Of a DNA stretch of 52,021 nt, positions 9,167 through 17,390 are shown one piece after another. The notes below the pieces were generated by a model. The model was not told the DNA's origin. It did not search any database and saw nothing but the letters and a program-made list of their open reading frames with translations. Origin of the DNA: Actinomycetota bacterium (GTDB lineage: Bacteria > Actinomycetota > UBA4738 > HRBIN12); contig DATBLA010000162.1 of NCBI GenBank assembly GCA_036555645.1, positions 1-52,021 on the forward strand, written 5' to 3'. How positions within the stretch are numbered: the stretch's first letter is position 1; every line of letters starts with the position of its first letter. A program made the translations under genes and the position numbers.

Positions 9167-9197
9167 GACGGGGGCGGCCCTTCCGGCTGCCCCCGTC
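9167..9197 (+). terminator. Strong GC hairpin after the permease stop (terminator or attenuator candidate, no U-tract)
   Basis: GACGGGGGCGGCC-CTTCC-GGCTGCCCCCGTC: a 13-bp stem with one mismatch and a 5-nt loop, starting 25 nt after the TAG at 9140-9142. Confidence 0.4.
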
Positions 9198-9275
9198 GCC
9201 GTTCGCGCCGCGTTGCTCGCCCGAAGTCCCCGAAACTAGGATGTGGGCCCGCGAGGGCCACCTTTGGAGGACGCG

Positions 9276-10679
9276 ATGTCGGAGAAGATGTGGGGCTCGG
9301 AGCCGTTCTGGGGTCTCGGCTACGACTGGGACCCGGACTGGGTCTACACCGATCGGCAGAAGGAGCTCCGCGCGACGCTCATCGAGCTCTGCGAGCAGGA
9401 GCTGCGCGCCAACTCGAAGCGCTTCGACGACGAGCTCATGTTCCCCCGGCGGAACCTCGAGCTCCTGGGTGAGCACGGGTTCCTCGCGCTCACCGTCCCC
9501 GAGGCGTACGGCGGTCTGGGCGAGGACCACGTCGCCTACTCGATGGTGTGCGAGACGATCGCCCGGTACGGATGCGCGTCGACGGCGATGTGCTACGTCA
9601 TGCACATCGGGGCCGTGAACGCGATCATGCTCCGAGAGACGCCGGAGCTGATCGACAAGTACATCCGGCCGCTGAACTCGGGCAAGATCGGGACGCTGTC
9701 CTACTCGGACCCGGAGACCGGCTCGCACTTCTGGTACCCGGTCTCCTCGGGTGCCGAACGCTCGAACGGCGGCTACAAGGTCCGCAAGAAGGCGTCGTGG
9801 ACGACCTCGGCGGGGTTCGCCGACTTCTACGTGGTCCAGACGACGAGCCCGGACTTCTCTGGCTACGACGACCTGTCCGTGTTCGTCGTCGACGGCGACC
9901 AGGTCCAGTCGCAGCCGTCGCTGTGGGACGCCCTCGGCCTTCGAGGCAACCAGTCGGGGCCGCTCGAGGTGCCGAACGTGGACGTTCCCGCCGAGCAGAT
10001 CGTCGGGCCGGAGGGCGACGGGGCGAACTCGAACGACGAGTCCGTCGACCCGTGGTTCCTCATCGGCTCGTCGTCGGTGTGGAACGGCCTCGCGCTCGGG
10101 GCGATCGACATCGCCAAGCGCCACACGACGCGCAAGAAGCACGTCGACGTCGGCCTGCGGGTGGCCGACTACCCCACGATCCAGGACTACGTGGGCGAGG
10201 CGCTCATGGACACGAACGCGTGCCGGCTCTTCGTCCTGTCGGTCGCGCAGGCGATGGACCGCGAGACCGACGGCAACACGCGCAACCCCGAGCCCGGCGG
10301 CCTCGCTCGCGGCAACTACCTCCACTGGGCGTGGCAGATCAAGTTCGAGGCGGCCAAGAACGTCGCCCACGTGGTCGACAAGATGCTCCACGCCTGCGGC
10401 GGATCGGGCTACAAGCGCGACATGGAGCTCGAGCGCTACCTGCGCGACGCCAAGGCCGGCTGGGTCATGGGGCCGACGAACGAGGTCCTCCGCCAGTTCG
10501 TCGGGAAGGCCGTCCTGCTCGGGTTCGAGTCGCTCGACTACTGGAACCAGTCGTACAACCGGCGGGCCGTCGAGAACGAGGTGAAGAAGCTCGACGCGGC
10601 CGGCAAGCGCGAGCTCGCCGAGCAGCTGATGTCCGAGGCCGCGGAGCAGGAGCCGAAGGAACCGGCGAAGAAGGGCTAG
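9276..10679 (+). CDS. Acyl-CoA dehydrogenase-fold flavoprotein; probably not a classical ACAD (oxidase or two-component monooxygenase type possible)
   Basis: ATG 9276 follows GGAGGA. ACAD-like N-terminal, middle and C-terminal regions are visible (GFLALTVPEAYGGLG, SYSDPETGSHFW, RYLRDAKAGWVMGPTNEVLRQ). Where MCAD-type enzymes have IYEGTNEI, this protein reads VMGPTNEV, so the catalytic Glu appears replaced by Gly (alignment by eye). Confidence 0.8.
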   Translation: MSEKMWGSEPFWGLGYDWDPDWVYTDRQKELRATLIELCEQELRANSKRFDDELMFPRRNLELLGEHGFLALTVPEAYGGLGEDHVAYSMVCETIARYGCASTAMCYVMHIGAVNAIMLRETPELIDKYIRPLNSGKIGTLSYSDPETGSHFWYPVSSGAERSNGGYKVRKKASWTTSAGFADFYVVQTTSPDFSGYDDLSVFVVDGDQVQSQPSLWDALGLRGNQSGPLEVPNVDVPAEQIVGPEGDGANSNDESVDPWFLIGSSSVWNGLALGAIDIAKRHTTRKKHVDVGLRVADYPTIQDYVGEALMDTNACRLFVLSVAQAMDRETDGNTRNPEPGGLARGNYLHWAWQIKFEAAKNVAHVVDKMLHACGGSGYKRDMELERYLRDAKAGWVMGPTNEVLRQFVGKAVLLGFESLDYWNQSYNRRAVENEVKKLDAAGKRELAEQLMSEAAEQEPKEPAKKG

Positions 10680-10683
10680 ACGG

Positions 10684-13020
10684 ATGCAGGTGGGCGGCGG
10701 GCCCTCGAAGCTCCTGGTCGGCGGACTGCGCCCGGCCGATCCCACGTTCGAGCAGTACTGGGTGCGGCCCGGCGGGGCGACGGTGCTGGCGCTCGAGGCC
10801 GAGGACCGGTTCACCGTGATCGACGTCGACGGCGGTCAGGTTGCGGAGATCTCGGCCCTCGGACCGGACGGCTCGGACGCGGCCGAGGCGATCGGCGCCC
10901 GAGCCGACGCGGCGGCGACGGTGCTGCGATCGCTCGTGACCTCCGCCGCCGAGGGCTCGCAGGACGTCGTCCACGATCTCGCCGCCCGCGGGCTCGACCC
11001 GTCCCGGGCAGAGGCCATCCGCGTGTTCGACCAGTGGTCCCGACCCGGATCCGAACAGTCGTTCCGAACGGACCGCGAGGTCGTCCTCGTCGTGGCCGCC
11101 CCGGCGGGGCGCCTCGTCGACGGTGCCCCCCCGCCGAGCGATCTCGTCGTCGAGGTGCATCGTGCCCGCCCGCGATCACCCGGGGAGATCGAGCTCCCTC
11201 CACCGCTCGCCGAACCGCGTCTGGACTTCCGCATCGACCGGTCGACCGCGCGCAGCTACGAGGTGAAGGCGGGCGAGTTCATCCAGATCATCGACGTCGA
11301 GGGCAAGCAGTGCTCGGACTTCCTCGCGTTCCATCGCCGCAAGCTCGACGACGGGATCGAGCGCGGCCTGGACTCCACCGTCACGCGCACGCTCATGGGC
11401 AGCGCGTACCCGATGCCGGGACTGTTCGGCAAGTTCTACGACGCCGACCTGGACCCGCTCGTCGAGGTGGTCCGGGACACGGTGGGGCGGCACGACACGT
11501 TCGGACTCGCTTGCAACGCAAAGTACTACGAGGACATGGGCTACCCCGGGCACGTGAACTGCACCGACAACTTCAACGGCGCGCTCCTCGTGTACGAGAT
11601 CGCCAAGCGCAAGGGCTGGCCGGCGCTCAACCTGTTCTTCAACACGGCGTTCAACGCCGAGAACGTGCTCGTCTCGGACGAGCCGTGGTCCCGGCCGGGC
11701 GACTACGTGCTGTTCCGGGCGATGACCGGCCTCGTGTGCGCCTCGTCCGCATGCCCGGACGACATCGACCCGGCGAACGCGTGGAACCCCACCGACGTCC
11801 ACGTGCGCGTCTACTCGCCGGAGCACCGGTTCAGCGCCGCGATCGCCCACCGCGTCACCCCGGAGGCGCGACCCGTGCTCACCGACAGGACCGGGTTCCA
11901 CCCGAAGGTCGAGGCGCTCACGCGCAACCTCGTCGAGTACAACGGCTACTGGCTCCCGTCCCACTTCTCCAACGAGGGGGCGATCGCCGAGTACTGGGCG
12001 TGCCGCGAGCACGCGGTGATCATCGACCTGTCGCCCCTTCGCAAGTTCGAGGTCCTCGGGCCGGACGCCGAGTCGCTCATCCAGGCCACGATCACCCGCG
12101 ACGCCCGGCGGGTGTCGGTGGGGCAGGTCACGTACACGGCGATGTGCAACGAGGCCGGCGGGATGATCGACGACGCCACGGTCTTCCGCCTCGCGCAGGA
12201 CAATTTCCGGTTCGTGGGCGGCGACGACTACGACGGCGTGTGGCTGAAGGAGCAGGCCGAGGCCCGGGACCTGAACGTGTGGGTCAAGCCCTCGACCCAC
12301 CAGCTGCACAACGTGGCCGTCCAGGGTCCGGCGAGCCGAGGGATCCTCCGCGAGGTCGTGTGGACGGCCCCGTCGCAGCCCTCGCTCGATGAGCTCGGGT
12401 GGTTCCGCTTCCTGGTCGGACGGGTCCGGGCGACCGACGGCATCCCGATCGTCGTGTCCCGGACCGGGTACACGGGCGAGCTGGGCTACGAGGTGTGGTG
12501 CCATCCCGACGACGCCGAGGCCGTGTGGGACGCCATCTGGGAGGCCGGCGAGGGCCGCGGTCTCACGCCGATGGGCCTGGACGCCCTCGACATCGTGCGG
12601 ATCGAGGCCGGGCTCATCGTGGCCGGCAACGAGTTCGACCAGCAGGTCGATCCGTTCGAGGCCGGCATCGGGTTCACGGTCGACCTGCGCACCGACGAGG
12701 CGTTCGTCGGGCGTTCGGCGCTGGAAGGACGCAAGGAGCATCCGCAGCGCGTGCTCGTGGGGCTCGACGTCGACGGCAACGAGACGCCCGGCCACGGCGA
12801 TCCCGTGTTCGTCGGCCGTCAGGAGATCGGCGTGGTGACCTCGGGCACGCGCTCACCGGTCCTGAAGCGGACGATCGCGCTCGCGCGGGTCGCGGTCGGG
12901 TTCTCCGAGCTCGGGACGCCGGTCGAGATCGGCCAGCTCGACGGGCTCCAGAAACGGATCGCCGCGAGGGTCGTCCGATTCCCCTTCTACGACCCCGAGA
13001 AGACCCGGCCGAGGTCCTGA
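10684..13020 (+). CDS. Fusion protein: degenerate DUF1989-like segment plus canonical DUF1989 (urea-carboxylase-associated / CgdAB-like) domain plus C-terminal aminomethyltransferase (GcvT) fold
   Basis: 778 aa. Residues ~190-400 carry YEVKAGEFIQIIDVEGKQCSDFLAF, GRHDTFGLACN, NLFFNTAF and GDYVLFRAMTGLVCASSACPDD (DUF1989 pattern as I recall it). Residues ~30-190 repeat only the opening motif (RFTVIDVDGGQVAEISAL) and end like a DUF1989 (SDLVVEVHR). Residues ~420-778 carry GcvT motifs (VIIDLSPLRKFEVLGPDA, SRTGYTGELGYEVW, RFPFYDPEKTRPRS). Confidence 0.8.
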   Translation: MQVGGGPSKLLVGGLRPADPTFEQYWVRPGGATVLALEAEDRFTVIDVDGGQVAEISALGPDGSDAAEAIGARADAAATVLRSLVTSAAEGSQDVVHDLAARGLDPSRAEAIRVFDQWSRPGSEQSFRTDREVVLVVAAPAGRLVDGAPPPSDLVVEVHRARPRSPGEIELPPPLAEPRLDFRIDRSTARSYEVKAGEFIQIIDVEGKQCSDFLAFHRRKLDDGIERGLDSTVTRTLMGSAYPMPGLFGKFYDADLDPLVEVVRDTVGRHDTFGLACNAKYYEDMGYPGHVNCTDNFNGALLVYEIAKRKGWPALNLFFNTAFNAENVLVSDEPWSRPGDYVLFRAMTGLVCASSACPDDIDPANAWNPTDVHVRVYSPEHRFSAAIAHRVTPEARPVLTDRTGFHPKVEALTRNLVEYNGYWLPSHFSNEGAIAEYWACREHAVIIDLSPLRKFEVLGPDAESLIQATITRDARRVSVGQVTYTAMCNEAGGMIDDATVFRLAQDNFRFVGGDDYDGVWLKEQAEARDLNVWVKPSTHQLHNVAVQGPASRGILREVVWTAPSQPSLDELGWFRFLVGRVRATDGIPIVVSRTGYTGELGYEVWCHPDDAEAVWDAIWEAGEGRGLTPMGLDALDIVRIEAGLIVAGNEFDQQVDPFEAGIGFTVDLRTDEAFVGRSALEGRKEHPQRVLVGLDVDGNETPGHGDPVFVGRQEIGVVTSGTRSPVLKRTIALARVAVGFSELGTPVEIGQLDGLQKRIAARVVRFPFYDPEKTRPRS

Positions 13021-13024
13021 TCGC

Positions 13025-13897
13025 GTGGCCGAGGCCATCGAACGGTTCACCGACGACCAGGTCGCCTCCTTCCACCGGGACGGGTTCCTCATCGTCGAGG
13101 AGGGACTGGTCGGCGATCGCGCGCTCGAACGCCTTCGCGAACGCTATCTGCCGCTGTTCGACGGCGAGTACGAGACCGGCATCAGGCCCGACGAGGTGAA
13201 CTGGGTGAAGGGTCGCGACCCCGAGGACCGCACGCGCCAGCTCTGCAACGCGTGGAAGTCCGACACGGTGATCGCCGCCCAGGTGCTCTCGGCCAGGATC
13301 GGGCGGCTGGCCGCGCAGCTGATGGGCTACGACGGCGTTCGGATCCTGCAGGACAACGTGCTGTGGAAGCCGCCGGGAACGAAGGCGATCGGCTTCCACC
13401 AGGATGGGTCCTACGCCGACTACCTGGTGCCGCCCGAGATGATCACGTGCTGGATGAGCCTGCACGAGACGGCGGCCGACGCCGGTCCGATCGCGTACGT
13501 GCGCGGCTCGAACCACTGGGGGGTCGCCCCACCCTCGCGGGCCCAGTTCCACGCGCCCGAGGACTGGCTCGCCGGCGTCCGCGACGCACAGCCGGCGGCG
13601 GTGACCGAGCTCGAGGTCGTGCCCGTCGTCGTGAAGGCCGGCGGCGGCGCCTTCCACCACAACGCCACGTGGCACGGCTCCGAGCCCAACCGCAGCGGGA
13701 CCGTCGCGCGGATGGCGCTCGTCTCGCACATGCTGCCGTCGGACGCGCGGTTCCACGAGACGAACGTCGACGTGAACTACTCGCGGTACCGCCGGCGCGA
13801 CGATCCGTCCATGGACGAGTCGTTCTTCCCGGTGATGTGCCGTCGCGACGGCTACCGGACGCCCTGGCTGGCCGACCTCCCCGACATCGACGCCTGA
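13025..13897 (+). CDS. Phytanoyl-CoA dioxygenase (PhyH) family Fe(II)/2-oxoglutarate-dependent oxygenase
   Basis: 290 aa with FHRDGFLIVE, HxD motif (IGFHQDGSY) and distal His (ATWHGSEPNRS). GTG start lies 4 nt after the upstream stop. Confidence 0.85.
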   Translation: MAEAIERFTDDQVASFHRDGFLIVEEGLVGDRALERLRERYLPLFDGEYETGIRPDEVNWVKGRDPEDRTRQLCNAWKSDTVIAAQVLSARIGRLAAQLMGYDGVRILQDNVLWKPPGTKAIGFHQDGSYADYLVPPEMITCWMSLHETAADAGPIAYVRGSNHWGVAPPSRAQFHAPEDWLAGVRDAQPAAVTELEVVPVVVKAGGGAFHHNATWHGSEPNRSGTVARMALVSHMLPSDARFHETNVDVNYSRYRRRDDPSMDESFFPVMCRRDGYRTPWLADLPDIDA

Positions 13898-13910
13898 GAC
13901 GTCGGCCGGG

Positions 13911-14891
13911 CTACGGGCCGCGGATCCGGCCCGCGAGCACCTCGAGGACCCGCCACGCGAGATCGGGTTCGGCACGCAGGGCCTGTTTCACGGTGTCCCT
14001 GGAGAGCGCGATCACCCGCAGCTGGGTCTCGGCGACGACGTCGGCCGTCCGCGGGCGGCCGTCGAGCATCGCCACCTCCCCGAAGAACTGCCCCGGTCCG
14101 AGACGGGCCACATCCCGCCCGTCCCGAACGACGCGGGCCCGGCCATTGAGGATCACGAACGCCTCACCCCCGCGCTCGCCCTGCCGGATCACCGTCTCGC
14201 CCGCCTCGTGGCCGTGCTCCTCCCCGGCGGACAGCAACCGCTCACGCATCGCGGGGGGCAGGGCCCCGAGGATCGAGCCCTCGGGCGCGGAGAGCGCCTC
14301 GTAGTGGCCGCCGTGGAACAGCAGGGGGTTGCCGCGTCCGTATCGGGCGTACTCGACGTGCGCGAGGAACAGCGAGTGGTCGCCGCCCCAGTACGACCGC
14401 GCGACCCGGGCCACGAGGTGCGCGAGCGCCCCCTCGACGAGCGGCGTCTCGCGGACGACCTCGAAGCTCGGCTCCGCGCCCGATTCGCCCGGGCGTCCGG
14501 CGAACCGATCCGAGAGCGCCTCCTGCTCCTCGGAGAGGACGCTGATCCCGAAGCGCTTGCCCTCGTTCAGCAACGCGTGCATCCGCGCGCGGTTGTCGAC
14601 CGAGATGAGCACGAGCGGCGGACGGAGCGAGACCGACATGAAGGCGTTCGCGGTCATGCCGTGCACCTGATCCTGTGCCGTCGTCGTGATCACCGTGACG
14701 CCGGTGGCGAACATCCCGAGCGTTCGACGGAAGGCGAGGACCGGATCCTCGCCCTCCTCCCCCTCGATCTGCAGCTCGTCGGCGGGCGGTGACTCCTCCC
14801 ACGCTCCGGAGGCGAGCGCCTCCGCGGCCCACACGGGGAAGGCGCCCACCGGAAGATCGAACTCGACCGGCGCGTCCTGCGGCCGGCTCAC
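13911..14891 (-). CDS. Flavin reductase domain fused to a C-terminal cyclic-nucleotide-binding domain
   Basis: The N-terminal half has FRRTLGMFATGVTVITT...HGMTANAFMSVSLRPPLVLISV (flavin reductase-like FMN-binding fold). The C-terminal half has GPGQFFGEVAMLDGRPRTADVVA (cNMP-binding phosphate-binding cassette). GTG start lies 3 nt after the upstream stop. Confidence 0.8.
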   Translation of the reverse strand: MSRPQDAPVEFDLPVGAFPVWAAEALASGAWEESPPADELQIEGEEGEDPVLAFRRTLGMFATGVTVITTTAQDQVHGMTANAFMSVSLRPPLVLISVDNRARMHALLNEGKRFGISVLSEEQEALSDRFAGRPGESGAEPSFEVVRETPLVEGALAHLVARVARSYWGGDHSLFLAHVEYARYGRGNPLLFHGGHYEALSAPEGSILGALPPAMRERLLSAGEEHGHEAGETVIRQGERGGEAFVILNGRARVVRDGRDVARLGPGQFFGEVAMLDGRPRTADVVAETQLRVIALSRDTVKQALRAEPDLAWRVLEVLAGRIRGP

Positions 14892-14894
14892 CGC

Positions 14895-16232
14895 TCAGCT
14901 CCAGGGGAACGGCGAGTGACTCACCGGGTGGAGCCTGCCCTGCGCGTATCGCGAGAACCGGAACGGCTCGAGGAGCGCCTGGGGCTCGCCGAGCACCTCG
15001 CGGGCCACGAGCGCGCCGACGCCGATCATCTTGTACCCGTGGTTCGAGTCCGCGATCACGTGCACGTTCTCGTGGAACCGGTCGAACACCGGGAAGCTGT
15101 CGGGCGTGAACGCCCCGATCCCGCCGGTCGGCGCCCGGCGATAGAGAGGACGCTTGCCCTCGAATCGTTTGTGGCAGTGCGCGAGCGCCGAGGTCCACAT
15201 CCGCTCGAACGCCTCCCCCACGACGAACTGCGTGCTGTCCGGACCGTACGGGTCCACGGCGACCTCGTCGGCGGGCAGCTCGACCACCCACGGCATCGCC
15301 CCGCCCTGCACCCCGCCGAAGTTGAAGTCGGGCTTGTAGTAGATGCCCCACAGCTCCTCGGTGACGAGCGAGCCGTCCGCATCGTCCAGGAGCGGCGCGT
15401 CGGTGTCGACGTGGACGACGGGCGGGAGGTTGCCCTCGTTGTCGAGCAGATACGTCGGATCGACGCCGAGCGTGCCCTCGACGAGACACCAGTACGTCCA
15501 CATGGGGCGCTCGTAGACGGCGCCGTCTCGTCCCTTGACCGGCACGACGGCCGGGAGGTCGAGCATGTGCCAGAAGTCCCGGACCCACGGGCCCGCCGCG
15601 ACGACGACCTGCTCGCACGCGATCACGCCCTGATCGGTCCGGACCGCCGTCACCGCGCCGCCGTCGATGTCGAACCCGGTGACGCTGACCGGGGCGAACA
15701 TGCGGACCCCGAGCGCCTCGCCCTTTCCGCGGAGCCCCACCATCGACGGCTGGCTCTCCGCGTAGCCGCCCTTGCGCTCGTGCAGGACGACCGTGATGTT
15801 GCGGGCCTGCCAGTCGGAGAAGATCGACTCCATGTACGTCCGGCACTCGTCCTCGCCCTCGATGAGGTCCGACGGGTAGCCGATCGCCCGTTGCTCCTCG
15901 TGGATCGTGACGACGTCCTCGTGCATGACCTCGGGCGCGATCTGGAGGTACCCCACCGGGTGGTAGTGGAAGGCCGCCGGATCCGACTCCCAGACCTCGA
16001 CCGAGTGCGCCATGAGCTCGCGCATCGCCGGCTGGAAGTAGTTGTTGCGGATGACGCCGCACGCGAGACCGGACGGGCCCGCCCCCACGCCGGTCTTGTC
16101 GAGCACGATGACGTCCTCGCCCGAGCCGGTCCCGCGGGCCCGCAGCCCCTCGGCCAGGTGCCAGGACGCGGACAGGCCGTGGACGCCGGCGCCGATGACC
16201 ACGACGCGCGCGCTCGTGGGGAGACTCGTCAC
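14895..16232 (-). CDS. FAD-dependent oxidoreductase, SoxB/DAO-like (second paralogue in the window, no partner subunits adjacent)
   Basis: GTG 16232 forms a GTGA overlap with the VOC gene stop. Contains ARVVVIGAGVHGLSASWHLA, GVIRNNYFQP and C-terminal SNHGYKMIGVG, collinear by eye with SoxB at 1676..2890. Confidence 0.8.
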   Translation of the reverse strand: MTSLPTSARVVVIGAGVHGLSASWHLAEGLRARGTGSGEDVIVLDKTGVGAGPSGLACGVIRNNYFQPAMRELMAHSVEVWESDPAAFHYHPVGYLQIAPEVMHEDVVTIHEEQRAIGYPSDLIEGEDECRTYMESIFSDWQARNITVVLHERKGGYAESQPSMVGLRGKGEALGVRMFAPVSVTGFDIDGGAVTAVRTDQGVIACEQVVVAAGPWVRDFWHMLDLPAVVPVKGRDGAVYERPMWTYWCLVEGTLGVDPTYLLDNEGNLPPVVHVDTDAPLLDDADGSLVTEELWGIYYKPDFNFGGVQGGAMPWVVELPADEVAVDPYGPDSTQFVVGEAFERMWTSALAHCHKRFEGKRPLYRRAPTGGIGAFTPDSFPVFDRFHENVHVIADSNHGYKMIGVGALVAREVLGEPQALLEPFRFSRYAQGRLHPVSHSPFPWS

Positions 16233-16597
16233 ACGCTCTGCCCCCGGGCGTCGCACACGCAGAACAGGGTCCCGTGGGGCGCCGTCATCGTCGTCCACGC
16301 GCCGCCGCCGCGGTCGCGCTCGTCGACGCGCCAGGCCACGGTCGCTCCGAGCCCCTCCAGCCGGCGGACCTCGGCGTCGGGGTCGTCGACACGCAGGTCG
16401 AGGTGCACGGGTGTCTTGCCGGGGGCGACCGCGTCCACGCGCTGGATGAGCACGGGCGGACCCGCCCCGCTCCTGGGCCCGAGCACGATGTACGGATCCC
16501 GCTCGTACCGGCGCCCGTAGCCGAGCGCCTCGGACCAGAACGCCGCGGCGTCGTCGGCCTCGACGGCGTCGATCACGATCTCCAGGGAGGCCGTCAC
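16229..16597 (-). CDS. VOC (glyoxalase/bleomycin-resistance/dioxygenase) family protein
   Basis: 122 aa from GTG 16597 (GTGA overlap with the upstream stop). FWSEALGY...VHLDLRVDD...GGAWTTMTAPHGTLFCV resembles single-module VOC proteins. Confidence 0.65.
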   Translation of the reverse strand: MTASLEIVIDAVEADDAAAFWSEALGYGRRYERDPYIVLGPRSGAGPPVLIQRVDAVAPGKTPVHLDLRVDDPDAEVRRLEGLGATVAWRVDERDRGGGAWTTMTAPHGTLFCVCDARGQSV

Positions 16598-17379
16598 GGT
16601 ACCCCCGCGGTCGCGAGGCGATCGTCCGCGCGGCGCGTGCACGCCCGCACGAAGTCCCGCCAGATCTCCAGCATCCGGTCGTCCTGCTGCCACTCCTCGT
16701 GGAGCTCCCACTGAACGCCGAGGACGAACGACGGCGCGCCGGGCATCTCGATCGCCTCGACGACGCCGTGGGCCGCCCACGCGACCGGCTCGATCCCTTC
16801 GCCCGGCCGATCGATCGCCTGGTGGTGGTAGCTGTCGACGTCGGTGCGGCCCCCGAGGCGCGACCCGAGGAAGGAGCCGGGCTTCACGTCGATCGGATGC
16901 GTCGGGTGCGGGGGGCGCTCCCGGCCCTCGAGGGTGGCGGCGACGAGCGCTCGCCACTCGTCCCACTTCGCCCCGGGGTGTCCGCCGCCCGGGAACTCGT
17001 CCAGGTCGCCGAACAGGCTCCCGCCGAAGGCGACGTTGAGGATTTGACACCCCCGACACACGCCGAGCACCGGCACGCCGCTTCCCACGGCGAGGCGCGC
17101 GTAGTGCAGCTCGATCTCGTCGAGCACGGGCGCGGGATCGCCCTGGAGCGGATGTGGATCCTCCCGGCCGTATCTCCACGCTTCGATGTCGCGGCCGCCG
17201 GCGAGCACGAGGCCGTCGAGCCGTTCGATGAGCTCGACGCGATCGTCCTGCTGCTCGTAGTACGGGAGCAGCAGCGGCAACGCCCCCGCGGCGAGCAGCG
17301 GGCGCGAATACCCGAAGCCGTAGTAGTCGCCGTAGTCCGCCAGCCCCTCCGAGATGCCGACGAGCGGACGGGAGGACAC
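16594..17379 (-). CDS. Class-I glutamine amidotransferase-like gamma-glutamyl hydrolase (peptidase C26, PuuD-like)
   Basis: GVCRGCQILNVAFGG (nucleophile Cys) and SYHHQAI (His) are present. GTG 17379 has ACGGAG upstream. The N-terminal part of the 292-aa ORF overlaps the upstream gene. Confidence 0.8.
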   Translation of the reverse strand: MSSRPLVGISEGLADYGDYYGFGYSRPLLAAGALPLLLPYYEQQDDRVELIERLDGLVLAGGRDIEAWRYGREDPHPLQGDPAPVLDEIELHYARLAVGSGVPVLGVCRGCQILNVAFGGSLFGDLDEFPGGGHPGAKWDEWRALVAATLEGRERPPHPTHPIDVKPGSFLGSRLGGRTDVDSYHHQAIDRPGEGIEPVAWAAHGVVEAIEMPGAPSFVLGVQWELHEEWQQDDRMLEIWRDFVRACTRRADDRLATAGVP

Positions 17380-17390
17380 GCGCGGCTCCG

